Assembly (NCBI RefSeq): GCF_030144855.1
Contig: NC_082731.1
Location: forward strand, 20,336,001 to 20,400,000
Reading direction: 5' to 3'
Length of the DNA stretch: 64,000 nucleotides
DNA from: Hypanus sabinus
Taxonomy: Eukaryota
Both the position numbers and the translations under genes were made by a program. Positions 37,545 through 50,500 of the stretch are shown one piece after another. Below the pieces are notes generated by a model that searched no databases, had not been told where the DNA came from, and saw only the letters and a program-made list of their open reading frames with translations. Each line of letters begins with the position of its first letter. The first letter of the stretch is position 1.

Positions 37545-37977
37545 ATGAATTTCCTGTTCTCTCTGTTGATTATATTGGCTATGATGCCCGGTGAGTCTTC
37601 GCGGTGACGGTCTGTATCTGTTCCTAATGTCCGGAGAAAACTCGATCTGTTCATGCATTCTGTCATTTTATTGCAGGAGCAATTGGGAAAGATTCCGTGA
37701 CGCAGTGGCCGACTGACGTAACGATTGCGGAAGAACAAAATGTAACACTGAATTGTAATTACACAGGCGCTGCTCAATATATTTTTTGGTACGTTCAGCG
37801 TCGAGTGGAATCTCCAAAATACTTGATAAGGATTTATAGCAGCGGAAAGATAGACCGGCATGCAGAATGTCCGGCGAGGTTTTCTGGTGGTTGGCAGAGA
37901 GACAGCAAGGCGGCACATTTGGAGATCTCTGGTGCTTTCTTGTCGGACTCCGCCGTGTATCTTTGTGCCATCAGTCC
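37545..37977 (+). CDS. TRAV/TRDV: TCR V segment V7, leader 37545-37590, V exon 37677-37977
   Basis: Leader, intron and V exon intact; ends YLCAIS; 23-RSS with divergent nonamer. Confidence 0.92.
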
Positions 37978-38016
37978 CACAGTGTTGCAAGGTGATGACA
38001 GCGCCGGACAAATTCT
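37978..38016 (+). other. 23-RSS of V7 (weaker nonamer)
   Basis: cacagtg + 23 nt + acaaattct. Confidence 0.9.
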
Positions 38017-38036
38017 ATTCATGATGCAGAGTGCGT

Positions 38037-38050
38037 TCGCTAGAGGGGGC
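38037..38050 (+). promoter_or_regulatory. Degenerate CTCF motif 20 bp 3' of V7 RSS (same motif at 41521 for V8)
   Basis: tcgctagagggggc; the conserved C of GGC is replaced by G. Confidence 0.5.
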
Positions 38051-38320
38051 TCTGCACTCTGAAACTGGCAGGAACGCAGAAACAAATCCCCACGGTCACG
38101 TGATCGACTTAAGAATGCGAATATTGTTTGCCGATGATATGCAGATTTGAGGAAATCTCCATCAATGGAATATGTACCAATTTGCTCAAACTGAAATGTT
38201 ATAAAATATTTCCCAAACACGTGTGATGTGTTAGTTGACACCTGGGCGATAGTATCGATAACTGATATGGACATTGCAACAAATGGACAGGATAGTATAT
38301 TACGGGTGCAGGCGAAATAC

Positions 38321-38525
38321 AGATTCAGATTCAGATTCAGTTTATTGTCATTTAGAAACCGCATATGCAATGCAGTTAAAACATCAGACAACGTTCCCCA
38401 GAATGATATCACAAAAGCATACGTCAAAACAGACTACATCAGAAAATCCACGTAACGTTTGGCAATCCCCAATCCCGAGTCCGGAGAGGCTGCTGAGTAT
38501 TAATATCGCGCTACTGTCTAGCGCA
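38321..38525 (-). mobile_element. Tail-side fragment of the (TCTGAA)n retroposon
   Basis: (agattc)3 agtttattgtcatt; same host junction (gcgaaatac) as the V8 copy. Confidence 0.8.
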
Positions 38526-38549
38526 CAATACTGTGCCGAATATGTACTT

Positions 38550-39592
38550 AATTTATAAATTACCTTAGGTTACCCATAGCCCTCTATTTTTCTACGCTCC
38601 ACGTACATATCTAGGAATCTTTTAAAAGACCCTATTGTATCCACCTCCACCACCGTCGCCGGCAGCCCATTCCATGCACTCTCCACTCTCTGCATAAAAA
38701 AAACTTACTCCTGACATCTCCTCTGTACCTACTTTCAAGCACCTTAAAACTGTGCCCTCTCATGGTAGCAATTCCAGCCCTGGGAAAAAGCCTCTGACTA
38801 TCCACACAATCAATGCCTTCCATCATCTTATACACATCTATAAGGTCACCTCCCATCCTTTATCACTCCCAGGAGAAAAGGCCAAGTTCACTCAACCTAT
38901 TCTCATAAGGCATGCTCGCCAATCCAGGCAACATCCTTGTAAATCTCCTCTGCATCCTTTGTAGAGTTCTCACATCCTTCCTGTAGTGAGGTTACCAGAA
39001 CTAAACACAGTACTACAAGTGGATTCTGACCAGGGTCCTATATAGTTTCAACATTACCTCTTGGCTCTTGAACTCTATCCCACAGGTGATGAAGGCCAAT
39101 ACACTATATGCCTCCTTAACCACAGAGTCAACCTGCACAGCAGTTCTGAGTGTCCTATGGACTCGGAACCCAAGATCCCTCTGATCCTTCACACTGCCAA
39201 GAGTCTTAACATTAACACTATATTCTGCAATCACATTTGACCAGCCAAAATGAACCATCTCACACATATCTGTGTTGAAGTCCATCTGCCACTTCTCAGC
39301 CCAGTCTTGCATCCTATCAATGTTCCGCTGTAACTTCTGACATCCTCCACACTATTCACCACACCTCCAACCATTTTGTCAACAACAAATTTACTAACCC
39401 ATCCCTGTACTTCCTTATCCCTGTCATTTATAAAAATCATGAAAAGAAGGGATCCCAGAACAGATCCATGAGGCACACCAGTGGTCACCAACCTCCATGC
39501 AGAAAATAATCCGTCTACATCCACTCTTTGCATTCTGTGTGCAAACCAGTTCTGGATCCACAAAGCAATGCCTCTTTGGATCCCATGCCCCC
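38550..39592 (-). mobile_element. CR1 LINE 3' fragment (RT C-half, frameshifted)
   Basis: Minus-strand ORFs WIQNW..QRV.V.G..S.W..VTTGVPHGSVLG.LLF.IFIND, WAEKWQM.FN..KC-like, DLG..V, and ..KLYRTLVR.HL are CR1 ORF2 signatures. Confidence 0.9.
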
Positions 39593-40454
39593 TTCAGATT
39601 CAGATTCAGTTTATTGTCATTTAGAAACCACAAATGCAATGCAGTTAAAAAAATGAGACAACATTCCCCCAGAAATATATCACAAAAGCATATGACAACA
39701 CAGACTACACCACAAAATCCACGTAATGTTTGGCAATCCCCAATCCAGTGTCCGGAGATGCTGTTGCGTATTAATATCACACTGCCGTCTAGTGCGTTCC
39801 CCAGAAAGGATCTTGAAATCCACCAGCAAAAACAAGACCAAAAACTAAAGCTACAAGACCTGCACAAAACCACATAATTACAACATGTAGTAACAACAGT
39901 GCAAATAATAGCATAATTGATAATAAACAGACTATTGGCACAGTAAAAATAGTACAGGATGTTAAAAGACTGTAAGTTCAAAAGAAATCACCGCAGTTTC
40001 AACAAGTCCCCAGGGTCCCAATAGACTTGCCATCCCACGCCGGCGGCAAAAGGGGATACCCCCGTTATGGACTTCCAAGGCGCCGCCCGACAGCCTCGCA
40101 GACGCAGCACACACCGAAACGACATGAGTCCGTCGAACCTCCGAGCCGTCGACCATCCCCTCCGGCACAGCTTCTCCGAGCACCATCCTCTGCCGAGCAT
40201 ATTGAGACCGCCCCGCTAACGGCCATCGGCAACGCGACCCCGAGGTCTGGGGGCCTGTTCTTCCCAGAAGAGACCCGGACCTCACAGCAGCAGCAGCAAC
40301 AAAGAAGGTCTTCCTGGAATTTTCTGATGTTTCTCCGTGCTTTCACGTCCGTTTTCAATCGATTATGATTGCGCATGGCACCCCACTTCACAAACAGCAG
40401 ATAATCGGTTCCGAAGTGGCCGCTGCAAGCTGCGTCGCGCCGCCATCTTGGATC
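39593..40454 (-). mobile_element. Short non-coding retroposon (~860 bp): 5' CAAGATGGCGGCG, 3' AATAAA + (CTGAAT)n
   Basis: Ends read directly; no protein-like ORF; near-identical copy at 41805-42673. Confidence 0.75.
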
Positions 40455-41028
40455 AAGATAATGGTGAAAACATGAATGAGGGATAGAAAGTTCGAGAGAT
40501 AGATAGTCACATAGGTAGATAACGAAAGAGTGGGTGTGTGTAAGAGAGAGAGAGAGAGAGTTGTTCAGTAGAACAGATAGAAGGAATGAGAGGGAAGCAT
40601 ATGGTAAGAATATAGAGTTTAAAAAAATAGAGTGGTATAGATAAGCCTAGGTAGTTCTAAGGTATGGACATGCTCAGCATAATTTTGTGGGGCGAAGGGC
40701 CTGTATTGTGCTTAGGCGTTCTATTTTTCAATGTGTCTAGTTAGTGAGATTGCAAATAAGAGAAAGGAGGAGAAACTTTGAGAGGAAGTAATACGACATA
40801 GAAAGAGGCTCAAATGCAAACAGATACAATGAAAAGAAGAGAAACAAAATGTGATTGGTGTACGGACCGGATTCCTTCGGCGCTCGCAGCCAATCAATGC
40901 ATCGGTAAGGCTGCGCCCCCACATGTACGCAAGCTGAAATATTCCGCAGGACTGATTTTACACTTCATTATCGGTCAAGGATATTAATTTACCAGACTGC
41001 AAGTCAGCTGTCTTTCTATCAGAACAGC

Positions 41029-41461
41029 ATGAATTTCCTGTTCTCTCTGCTGATTATATTGGCTATGACGCCCGGTGAGTCTTCGCGGTGACGGTCTGTA
41101 TCTGTTCCTTAAGTCCGGAGAAAACTCGATCTGTTCATGCATTCTGTCATTTTATTGCAGGAGCAACTGGGAAAGATTCCGTGAACCAGTGGCCGACTGA
41201 CATAACGATTGCGGAAGAAGAAAATGTAACACTGAACTGTAATTACACAGGCGCTGCTCAATATATTTTTTGGTACGTTCAGCGTCGAGTGGAATCTCCA
41301 AAATACTTGATAAGGATTTATAGCAGCGGAAAGATAGACCGGCATGCAGAATGTCCGGCGAGGTTTTCTGGTGGTTGGCAGAGAGACAGCAAGGCGGCAC
41401 ATTTGGAGATCTCTGGTGCTTTCGTGTCGGACTCCGCCGTGTATCTTTGTGCCATCAGTCC
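41029..41461 (+). CDS. TRAV/TRDV: TCR V segment V8, leader 41029-41074, V exon 41161-41461
   Basis: Leader MNFLFSLLIILAMTP; near-identical to V7; YLCAIS; 23-RSS with divergent nonamer. Confidence 0.92.
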
Positions 41462-41500
41462 CACAGTGTTGTAAGGTGATGACAGCGCCGGACAAATTCT
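41462..41500 (+). other. 23-RSS of V8 (weaker nonamer)
   Basis: cacagtg + 23 nt + acaaattct. Confidence 0.9.
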
Positions 41501-41804
41501 ATTCATGATGCAGAGTGCGTTCGCTAGAGGGGGCTCTGCACTCTGAAACTGGCAGGAACGCAGAAACAAATCCCCACGGTCACGTGATCGACTTAAGAAT
41601 GCGAATATTGTTTGCCGATGATATGCAGATTTGAGGAAATCTCCAACAATGGAATATGTACCAATTTGCTCAAACTGAAATGTTATAAAATATTTCCCAA
41701 ACACGTGTGATGTGTTAGTTGACACCGGGGCGATAGTATCGATAACTGATATGGACATTGCAACAAATGGACAGGATAGTATATTACGGGTGCAGGCGAA
41801 ATAC

Positions 41805-42673
41805 AGATTCAGATTCAGATTCAGTTTATTGTCATTTAGAAACCGCATATGCAATGCAGTTAAAACATCAGACAACGTTCCCCAGAATGATATCACCAAA
41901 GCATATGTCAAAACAGACTACAGCAGAAAATCCACGTAACGTTTGGCAATCCCCAATCCCGAGTCCGGAGTGGCTGCTGAGTATTAATATCACACTACCG
42001 TCTAGCGCATTACCCGGAAAAGAGCTCAAAATCCACTAGACAAAAACAAGACCAAAATCTAAAGCTACAAGACCTGCACAAAACTACATAATTTCAACAT
42101 GTAGTAACAACAGTGCAAATAATAGCATAATTGATAATAAACAGACTATTGGCACAGTAAAAATAGTACAGGATGTTAAAAGACTATAAGTTCAAAAGAA
42201 ATCACCGCAGTTTCAACAAGTCCCCAGGGTCCCAATAGACTTGCCATCCCACGCCGGCGGCAGAAGGGGATACCCCCGTTATGAACTTCCAAGGCGCCGC
42301 CCGACAGCCTCGCAGACGCAGCACACACCGAAACGACACGAGTCCGTCGTAAGGACTCCTAGTCCGTCGAACCTCCGAGCCGTCGACAATCCCCTCCGGC
42401 ACAGCTTCTCCGAGCACCATCCTCTGCCGAGCGTATTGAGACGGCCCCGCTAACGGCCATCGGCAACGCGACCCCGAGGACTGGGGGCCTGTTCTTCCCA
42501 CGAGAGTCCCGGCAGCAACAAAGAAGGTCTTCCTGGAATTTTCTGATTTTTCTCCGTGCTTCCACGTCCGTTTTCAATCGATTGGGATTGCGCACGGCAC
42601 CCCGCTACACAAATAGCTGATAATCGGTTCCGAAGTGGCCGCTGCAAGCTGAGTCGCGCCGCCATCTTGGATC
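41805..42673 (-). mobile_element. Second full copy of the short retroposon, inserted in the ERV protease relic
   Basis: Host sequence gcaggcgaaata|...|ataatggtgaaaatagaaag is continuous in V9 (gaaataacggtgaaagtagaaag). Confidence 0.8.
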
Positions 42674-45600
42674 AGATAATGGTGAAAATAGAAAGAAGCG
42701 AATTGCAGATACTCGAAATAGGCGAGGAGCTACTTTCACTATTTTTCTGGATCTGTCCGAACAATGAGGGTGCTATTCTCGGAATAGACACTGAAAGGGA
42801 AGCAAGGACCATTGTAGATCCAGAAAAAAGTGAAGTAGTATGCACAAGCCAAGGACAGAGAGCACGTACACAACGTAGTCAGCGTAATCGCTCTGATAGC
42901 TGTTCAGAAGGCAGTAACGGCAATTAGGGACACTGGATAAAATCCCCGAGCGCCCTCCTCACAGAGATGGCGGCACAAGGATGTCAAATGAGAATAGAGC
43001 AGGAAAAATATATGGATGCAGAGGAAACACCTCTGGACGGAAAGCAGGAAATCAATTTGTGGATGGGTCTCGGAGTTAACAAGAAATTGCAAATGTCCAG
43101 GAAGTAACTTCGGATGCTAGTTGAATAAAAACAGACCGCTCCGAAGCGACCCTTAGATAACATTCAAAAAGCAGGGGGAAAAATGTTATGTCTGGTTATT
43201 ATGAACAAAAGAAAATCTGCAGATGCTGGAAATCCCAGAAATACACATAAAGTGCTGAAGGAATTGACCTGGTCAGGCAGCATCTCTGTAGTGATGAACT
43301 GGAATTAAGCTTCCTGGTCTGCTGCGTTCTTCCAGCATTTTGTGTGCATTGTCTCGTAATTATGGATCCCTTCAGTCGGCGGGTAGAAGCTTTCCGAACC
43401 ATAGACTGCACAGCCAGCAGCGCTGCACGGAGTGTTGTCAGGTAATCCTACCAAGGTGAAGAACTCTTCCAGTTGGACTATGACCATGAAGCATATTTCA
43501 CAAGAAGAGTGATAAATGAAACGTGCCGACTGCGATGAATTCGACAACAGTCCCACATACCCTACCAGCAAGGATGCGGCCTGGAAAGATTCGTGCGGCT
43601 TCAGGGTTCCGGGCCTGGAGGCGATCCGATTCGAGGCCGTTGCTGCCGCCTAATATGCTGTGTGAGTACACAGAATGATCTGAAGCAGCAAGACATTGAT
43701 GATCAGAGAGATCCACTGGGAAAGGGGATAGCCCTCCCAATTCCGAGTGACCAAGTCACTGTCAGTATGTTGCTTGAAAGTGTATGCTCCCAGATGGATC
43801 GGAGCACAGATGGTTCTTTTAAAAAGTGACACTAATTTATGGAGATTTCACGAGGCAGCCAGTGGAAACAATGGATTCATGTTATACTGTCCGACTCAGC
43901 TTCTTGTTGCCAGCACAGGCAAAGCAGGAGCAGGAGTGCAGCTAGTAACCGTGTAATTATAGAGAATCCCCGAGATGGACAAGTTGATAGAAACTGATCC
44001 ACAGTAAACACGAAGGTCGAGTTGATCCATGTTATGAGAGAACCACGTGAATAAAACGCGAAAGAGTGAAGGTAAAATTACTCTGTTGTGACCGCTGATT
44101 ACTGAAGGTATATGATTATTTGAATAGGAGAAAATAAAAAAAATAAATTGCAGAGAACAGATCGGCAGGGATATAAGTTAAAGAAAACACATCTATAACT
44201 TCGATAGCATGGCACAATGAGGAAAGTTGCAGACGAAATCTGAAGACAGATACGCTCAGTCTGAATGGAGAACAGAAGTGGACTGGCCCCTTTCAGCAGT
44301 TGCGGCCAGCGATTGCCTGTTAAATTCGGGCAGTTAGGAAACCAGGGAGAGGTCGTTTTATAATTAAAATGAAGACCATCCGAACCTCTTATTGTACATC
44401 GATGAGAGGGCCTGTGAACCTGATGAATTTACTTTGCTGCTGCCACTGGAAAGAGAGGGTGTTAGCTACCAGAGAATGGAGGGATGAAGACAAGGAATTG
44501 ACTAATCTTCAATCGGTCAGCAAAGGAAGAGCCAACAGGCATGCGCATGAAGCTGCATTTCTAAAGACTGTTGCTCACATTTCTGGACAATCTCTCCGCT
44601 TAGCATTTTAAAGGTAACAATCAGGAATAATAGGGTAGATGTACATGAGCCAACAGGAATTAAGGGAAATTCCGTCGGAAGGTATTTTTGCTGCCTAGTT
44701 TGAGTAGATGTTCCTTAAGATTGGCCTTTTGGGGTAGATAATTAGTTTTGTTCTGGGTGCCAAGAGGAGGGAACGTTCGAGAGAATTTTAGATCCAGCAC
44801 ATGTGGCAATTAATGTAACTGACTTCTGGGACTAGCTTTCAGAGTCGAATAGAAGCTTTAGATTACTGTACAACGGAGCTCTGAACAACAGGCTCCTAAA
44901 CGCCTCAGAACACGGAGCAGACAACGCGTATTAAAATGCATTTTCATGTCGGTTGTATCGTGAGGTGTGAGGTTTGCGTGTGATTCCAAAGAAAGCATTG
45001 TGGGTGTATTGTAAATATGGAATTGTCCTTTGAGGGTGAGTTCATAACATCTGAGCTCGCCTGGGCAGCGTGTCCTTTCAGCCGAAAGGGCCTCAGTACA
45101 GTATAGTGTCTGCTGCATCTTGTTTTCTCAAGAAAACTCACCCTGAGTTTATCGACTCTTGTTTTTAGGTGCATCGTTTGCTCCAGCCTCTCCTACGGGA
45201 CCCTACTACATACCTCTCCCTCTTTGCTTTCAGCAGAGATTCCTATTTTCGGGATTCCTATTCATTTGTCCTCACCACTGATCTTCAACCAGGCACTTAT
45301 TATTGTAAGCGACATGACAGCTGCACCTGCCTCACGACCATTGAGAGCCGATTACGTTTTACTTTATTTCTGCCTCAGCGGCGTGTCCTCCGTTTGTCGG
45401 AGGGAAGACTTGCTGAGAGAAATGCGTCTGAATTGTGGTTTGCGTGTGAGCAGAGGAGAGAGTAAAATCTGGGGAAAAGTGTGGGGTACTAACGGTGCCA
45501 AAATGGAGGTAGAAAGTGGGGGATTGGAAATGATAAAGTGAGAAAGTGAATAAATGAGGGAGACATAAAACACTGAAATTGTGAGATAGAGAGAGAAGTA

Positions 45601-46322
45601 GTGATCGATAGAGCAGTAAGTAGAGCCAGAGGCAAGGGAAGAGAGATAAACTGGGGAGGGTCGACAGTGGAAGAAGGATGTAAAAAAGAGAATGAAGTCC
45701 GGCCAACGTAGCTAGTGTTTATCGCCAAGCTGTTTACAGTTCTGTGCATTGGATTTCGGTGTTCCATTCCCGCGCATCTGTAAAACGTCTGTATGACGTC
45801 TATATGAATGTGCGGAAATTCTGCGGGATCTCCAGTGACGGCTCACAGTCCAAAGATGTACTGATAAGTAGGTTAATAACCCAATGCAAATTTTTCTGTG
45901 ATTAGGTAAGGATCCTTGATCGCTAGGTGTGAAGCTTGGTGCCCGATGGCACTATTCCGCGATTCACTGCTAAGTAAATGAATAAAAAAAAAACTCTTGA
46001 AGGTGTGGGACAAAGAAATCATGAGAGAGAAAGACAGAGAGAGCGAAGGAAGGGAAAGGGAATGATGGACAAGAGGGAAGGAAGGATATATCTGGGGGGA
46101 GATGTTGAGAAAACAATTGCGTAGGATTGAAAGAAAGAGGGAAAGACAAAGTATAAGGCAGGAAAGAGATAGAGGAAAGCAACGTTTGTGAAACTGAAGG
46201 AACAATCGATGGATAAATTGGTGAGACGGGAATGAATGAAAAATGGAAGCTTTGATGGAAAATGGAACAGGATGTGACGCAATCAGAGATATAAATGGAT
46301 AGATAGAGAGAGATACAGAGAG

Positions 46323-46327
<5 letters not shown>

Positions 46328-46397
<70 letters not shown>
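46328..46397. repeat. (AG)n microsatellite
   Basis: Read directly from the sequence. Confidence 0.95.
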
Positions 46398-46399
<2 letters not shown>

Positions 46400-46812
46400 G
46401 GAGAGGTGATAAATCAGAGTCAATATTCACCAAACCAATTCCTAAAGTGAATTTACTTGCAGTGAGGAATATGGAGAAAGAATAAGCATTGAGAAGAGAT
46501 ACAGGGAATAAACCCCGTTTCTAGTGAGTGAGATTGGAAATAATGAAAGCAGGAGAAACATTGTGAGGAAGTAACACGAGAAAGAATGGGGTATACAGGC
46601 AAGGAGAAACAGGCAAAAGACCTGCAACAAAGATATGATTGGTGTCCTGACCGCATTAATTCGGCCTTCACAGCCAATCAATGCACCGGTACTTTTACGC
46701 CCCCACATTTATGCAAGCTGAAATATGCCGCATGTCTGATTTTACACTTCATTATCGTTCAAGGATATTGACTTACAGGACTACAAGTAAGCTGTCTTTC
46801 GATCCGGACACC

Positions 46813-47245
46813 ATGAATTTCCTGTCTTCTCTGCTGATTATATTGGGTATGATGCCCGGTGAGTCTTCGCGGTAACGGTCTGTATCTGTTCCTTATGTCC
46901 AGAGAAAGCTCGATCTGTTCATGCATTCTGTCATTTTATTGCAGGAGCAATTGGGAAAGATTCCGTTACACAGTGGCCGACTGATTTAACGATTGCGGAA
47001 GAACAAAATGTAACACTGAACTGTAATTACACTGGCGATGCTCAATATATTTTGTGGTACGTTCAGCATCGAGTGGAATCTCCAAAATACTTGCTGAAGT
47101 TATATTACTCCGGAAAGATGGAGCGGCATGCGGAATGTCCGGAGAGGTTTACTGGTGTTTTGCAGAGTGCTAGCAAGACGGCACATTTGAAGATCTCTGC
47201 TGCTTTTGTGTCGGAATCCGCCGTGTATCTTTGTGCCATGAGTCC
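46813..47245 (+). CDS. TRAV/TRDV: TCR V segment V9, leader 46813-46858, V exon 46945-47245
   Basis: Leader MNFLSSLLIILGMMP; DSVTQWP..NCNY..WY..ESAVYLCAMS (D to E in the DxAxYxC motif); 23-RSS. Confidence 0.92.
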
Positions 47246-47284
47246 CACAGTGTTGCTGGGTGATGACAGCTCCGGACAAAATCC
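47246..47284 (+). other. 23-RSS of V9
   Basis: cacagtg + 23 nt + acaaaatcc. Confidence 0.95.
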
Positions 47285-47307
47285 GCCGTCGGTGATGCAG
47301 TGAGCGC

Positions 47308-47321
47308 TCGCTAGATGGCGC
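47308..47321 (+). promoter_or_regulatory. CTCF core motif 23 bp 3' of V9 RSS (same motif at 55421 for V10)
   Basis: tcgctagatggcgc. Confidence 0.8.
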
Positions 47322-47507
47322 CCTTTGCCGATAACGTGGCAGGAGCGCAGCAACAACCCCCCATCCCCACGATCACGTGATCAACTTATGATTACGAAAA
47401 TTATTCGTAAAAGATATGCAGATTTGAGGAAATATCCGTCAACGGAATGTGTACATACTTGTACAAATTGAAACGTTATAAAGCATTTCTCAAGCACCTG
47501 CGATATG

Positions 47508-50500
47508 TTAGTTGACACAAGGGCAATGTTATCGATAACTGATCTGCGTTTGCCAAGAGCTGGATAGGATATTTATATTACGGGTGTAGTAGAAATAACG
47601 GTGAAAGTAGAAAGAAGCGAATTGCAGATAGTCGAAATCGGCGAAGAGCAACTTTCAGTGTATTTCTGGATCCATCCAAATAATGAGGACACCATTCTCG
47701 GAGTAGATATTGAAAGGGAAGCAAGGGCCATTGAAGATTCAGGAAAGGGTGAAATAATATGCAGAAGCCGAGGTCAGCGAGCACGTACAACCAAATTCGT
47801 ACACAACGTACACAATGTAATCACACTGACAGCTCCTCACAGACAGGGAGGCACACGAATGTCAAAGAGGAATAGAGCAGGAAAAAGGTATGAGCGCAAT
47901 GGAAACACCTTTAGAAGGAAAACAGAGATGGGTCTCGGAGGTACATAAACTAGAGCACGCTGTCTGGGTGCACTATGGTGAAGGACACAGGTGAAGAATG
48001 AGCTTCAGTGACACAGCCAGGCGATTGCTAAGCTCAGGTGGCGGACCTGATGGCCCTGGAGCGGTCATCGTTTGGCCTGGGGCCGCTGAGTAATTGTGAC
48101 CACAGCCGGTGCAGGCATTGAGCACGGGCACCCAGTACAACAACTGCTGGACGCACTGTCTGCCAGCTCAAGTGACAGTAATTAAAGTGGAATCTCAGTA
48201 GTAAGAGAAGAGTAAGGAGCAGAAAGTAGTAACAAGAAATTGCAAGTGTGCAGGATGAAATGTCGGAAGCTAGATGAATAAAAACGGACAGCTCAGAAGA
48301 GATCCTTGTATGACATTCAGAAATAAGGGGGAAAAGCTAATGTCTCGTCATTATGCACAAAATAAAATCTGCAGATACTGGAAATCCAAGAAAAACACAC
48401 AATATGCTGCAGAAATTCACCTGGCCAGGCAGCATCTCGGTGGTGATGAACTGTAATTAAGCTGCCTGGCCTGATGCGTACCTCCGGCAATTTTTTATGT
48501 ATTCCCTTGTAATTATGGATCACTTCAGCCGTCGGGTGAAAGCTTTCCGAACCAGAGACTATTCCTTCAGCAGCGCTGCATTGAGTATTGTCAGATAATC
48601 TTGCTAAGGTGAAGAACTCTTCCAGGTGGACTGTGACCAGGAAGCACATTTCACAGGGAAATTGATAAATGAAATGAGAGGGATTCGACGACAATCCCAC
48701 ACACCCTATCACCAGGCAACCCGCCTGGAAGATTGTTGCGCCTTCAAGATCCCACATATCTGTGTTTGTTAATGGTTTGCTGCAGGCTTGAGTGCTCTTG
48801 CCGGGAGCCGATGCATTTTACTGGTGGGGGAGGGGGCTTTGTTGCTTGGCAACTGCTTCTGCGTGGCTGGGGCGAGTTGGAGGAGTGGGTTTGCGTTTCT
48901 AATATCTGTCATTTATTCTTTGGGGCACTCCTTTGTTTTCCTGGACATTTTCGAAGAAATATTATTTCAGGATGTGCAGTGGCATTCAAACGTTTGGGCA
49001 CCCCGGTCTAAATTTCTGATACTCTGAATAGCTAAGCTACTAAAAGATGACCTGATTGCCGAAATGCATACCATTAAAGGTGACAAGTTTCTTTAACGTT
49101 TTAAGCAAGATTACTTTTTTATTTCCATATTTTAGAGTTTCAAGAGTTTTTCAATTCCTGTTTGGGGGATTTTCGCCCTTCCTTCCTTCCCTTCAAGTTC
49201 TTTGAGATTCTTGTGTCTCTTGCATGCACTATTCTGTTCAGGTGTATCCACAGATTCTCGATGATGTTTAGGTCGGGGGACTGTGTGGGCCATGGAAAAT
49301 ACTTCAGCTTGTGCTTCTTGAGTTAGTCCATTGTAGATTTTGAGGTCTATTTAGCATCATTATCTTTTTGTAGAAGCCATCCTCTTTTCATCTTCAGCTT
49401 TTGTTACAGACGATGTGATGCTTGCTTCCAGAATTTGCTGGTATTTCATTGAATTCATTCTTCCTTCTACCACTGAAATGTTCCCTTTGCCACTGGCTGC
49501 AACATAAGCCCAAAGCATGATCGTTCCACCCCCGTGCTTATGAGTTGGAGAAGTATTATTTTCATTAAATTCTGCATCCTTTTTTCTCCAAACACACCTT
49601 TGCTCATTGCGGCCAGGAAGTTCTATTTTAAATTCATCAGTAGTCAGGAAATGTCTACCAAATATGTCAGGCTTGATTAAATGTTCCTTTGCAAACTTCT
49701 TACGCTGAATTTTGTGGTGAGGACGCAGGTTAAGGTTTTCTTTTGATAACCCTTCCATGAAGGTCATATTTGTGCAGGTTTCGCTGCACAGTTGAACAGT
49801 GCACCACCACTCCAGACGCTGCTCAATCTTTCTGAAGGTCCTTTGCAGTCAAACGGGATTTTTGATTTGCCTTTCTAGCAATCCTACGAGCAGTTCACTC
49901 GGAAATTTTCTTGGTCTTCCAGACCTCAACTTGACCTCCATTGTTCTTGTTAACTGCTATTTCTTATTGACATTACGAACTGTGGAAACGGCTACCTGAA
50001 AATGCTTTGCTATCTTCTTATAACCTTTTCCTGCTTTGTTTATTTATTTGCTCATACACTTTAACTTTCAGAGTACAAGGCAACTGTTTCGGGAAGCCTA
50101 TAGCTGCTGATTGTTCGGACGAGGTTTGAGGTGTCAGGATAATTGCAAAGCTTTGGAAGTTGCATCACATGGCCTTTCCTTACGATGACTGTGAACAAGC
50201 CATTCCCCTAACAAGTAATTGAAATCTGAGACCCTGGTAAAAGTTATCTGAGATCTCAATCTCTTGGGGTGCCCTATCTTTTGCTTGGTGCCACTTCTCT
50301 TTTTTTCCAATCTAAAATTGTACGAAACAAAAATAATACACGAATACTGCTTAAAATGTTGAAAATAATGTTTCATTTTTAACTTTATGACTTTCGGAGA
50401 TTAGTTCACTTAACTATTTCAGTAACAGAAAGTTTGACCAGCGGTGCCCAAACATTTGCATGCCTCTGTATATTCTATACATTTCTCTGATATTAAATGT

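Noticed and set aside
45884-45891. Ig octamer ATGCAAAT upstream of V9
   Set aside because: About 930 bp from the ATG, inside the SINE relic and absent from the other units.
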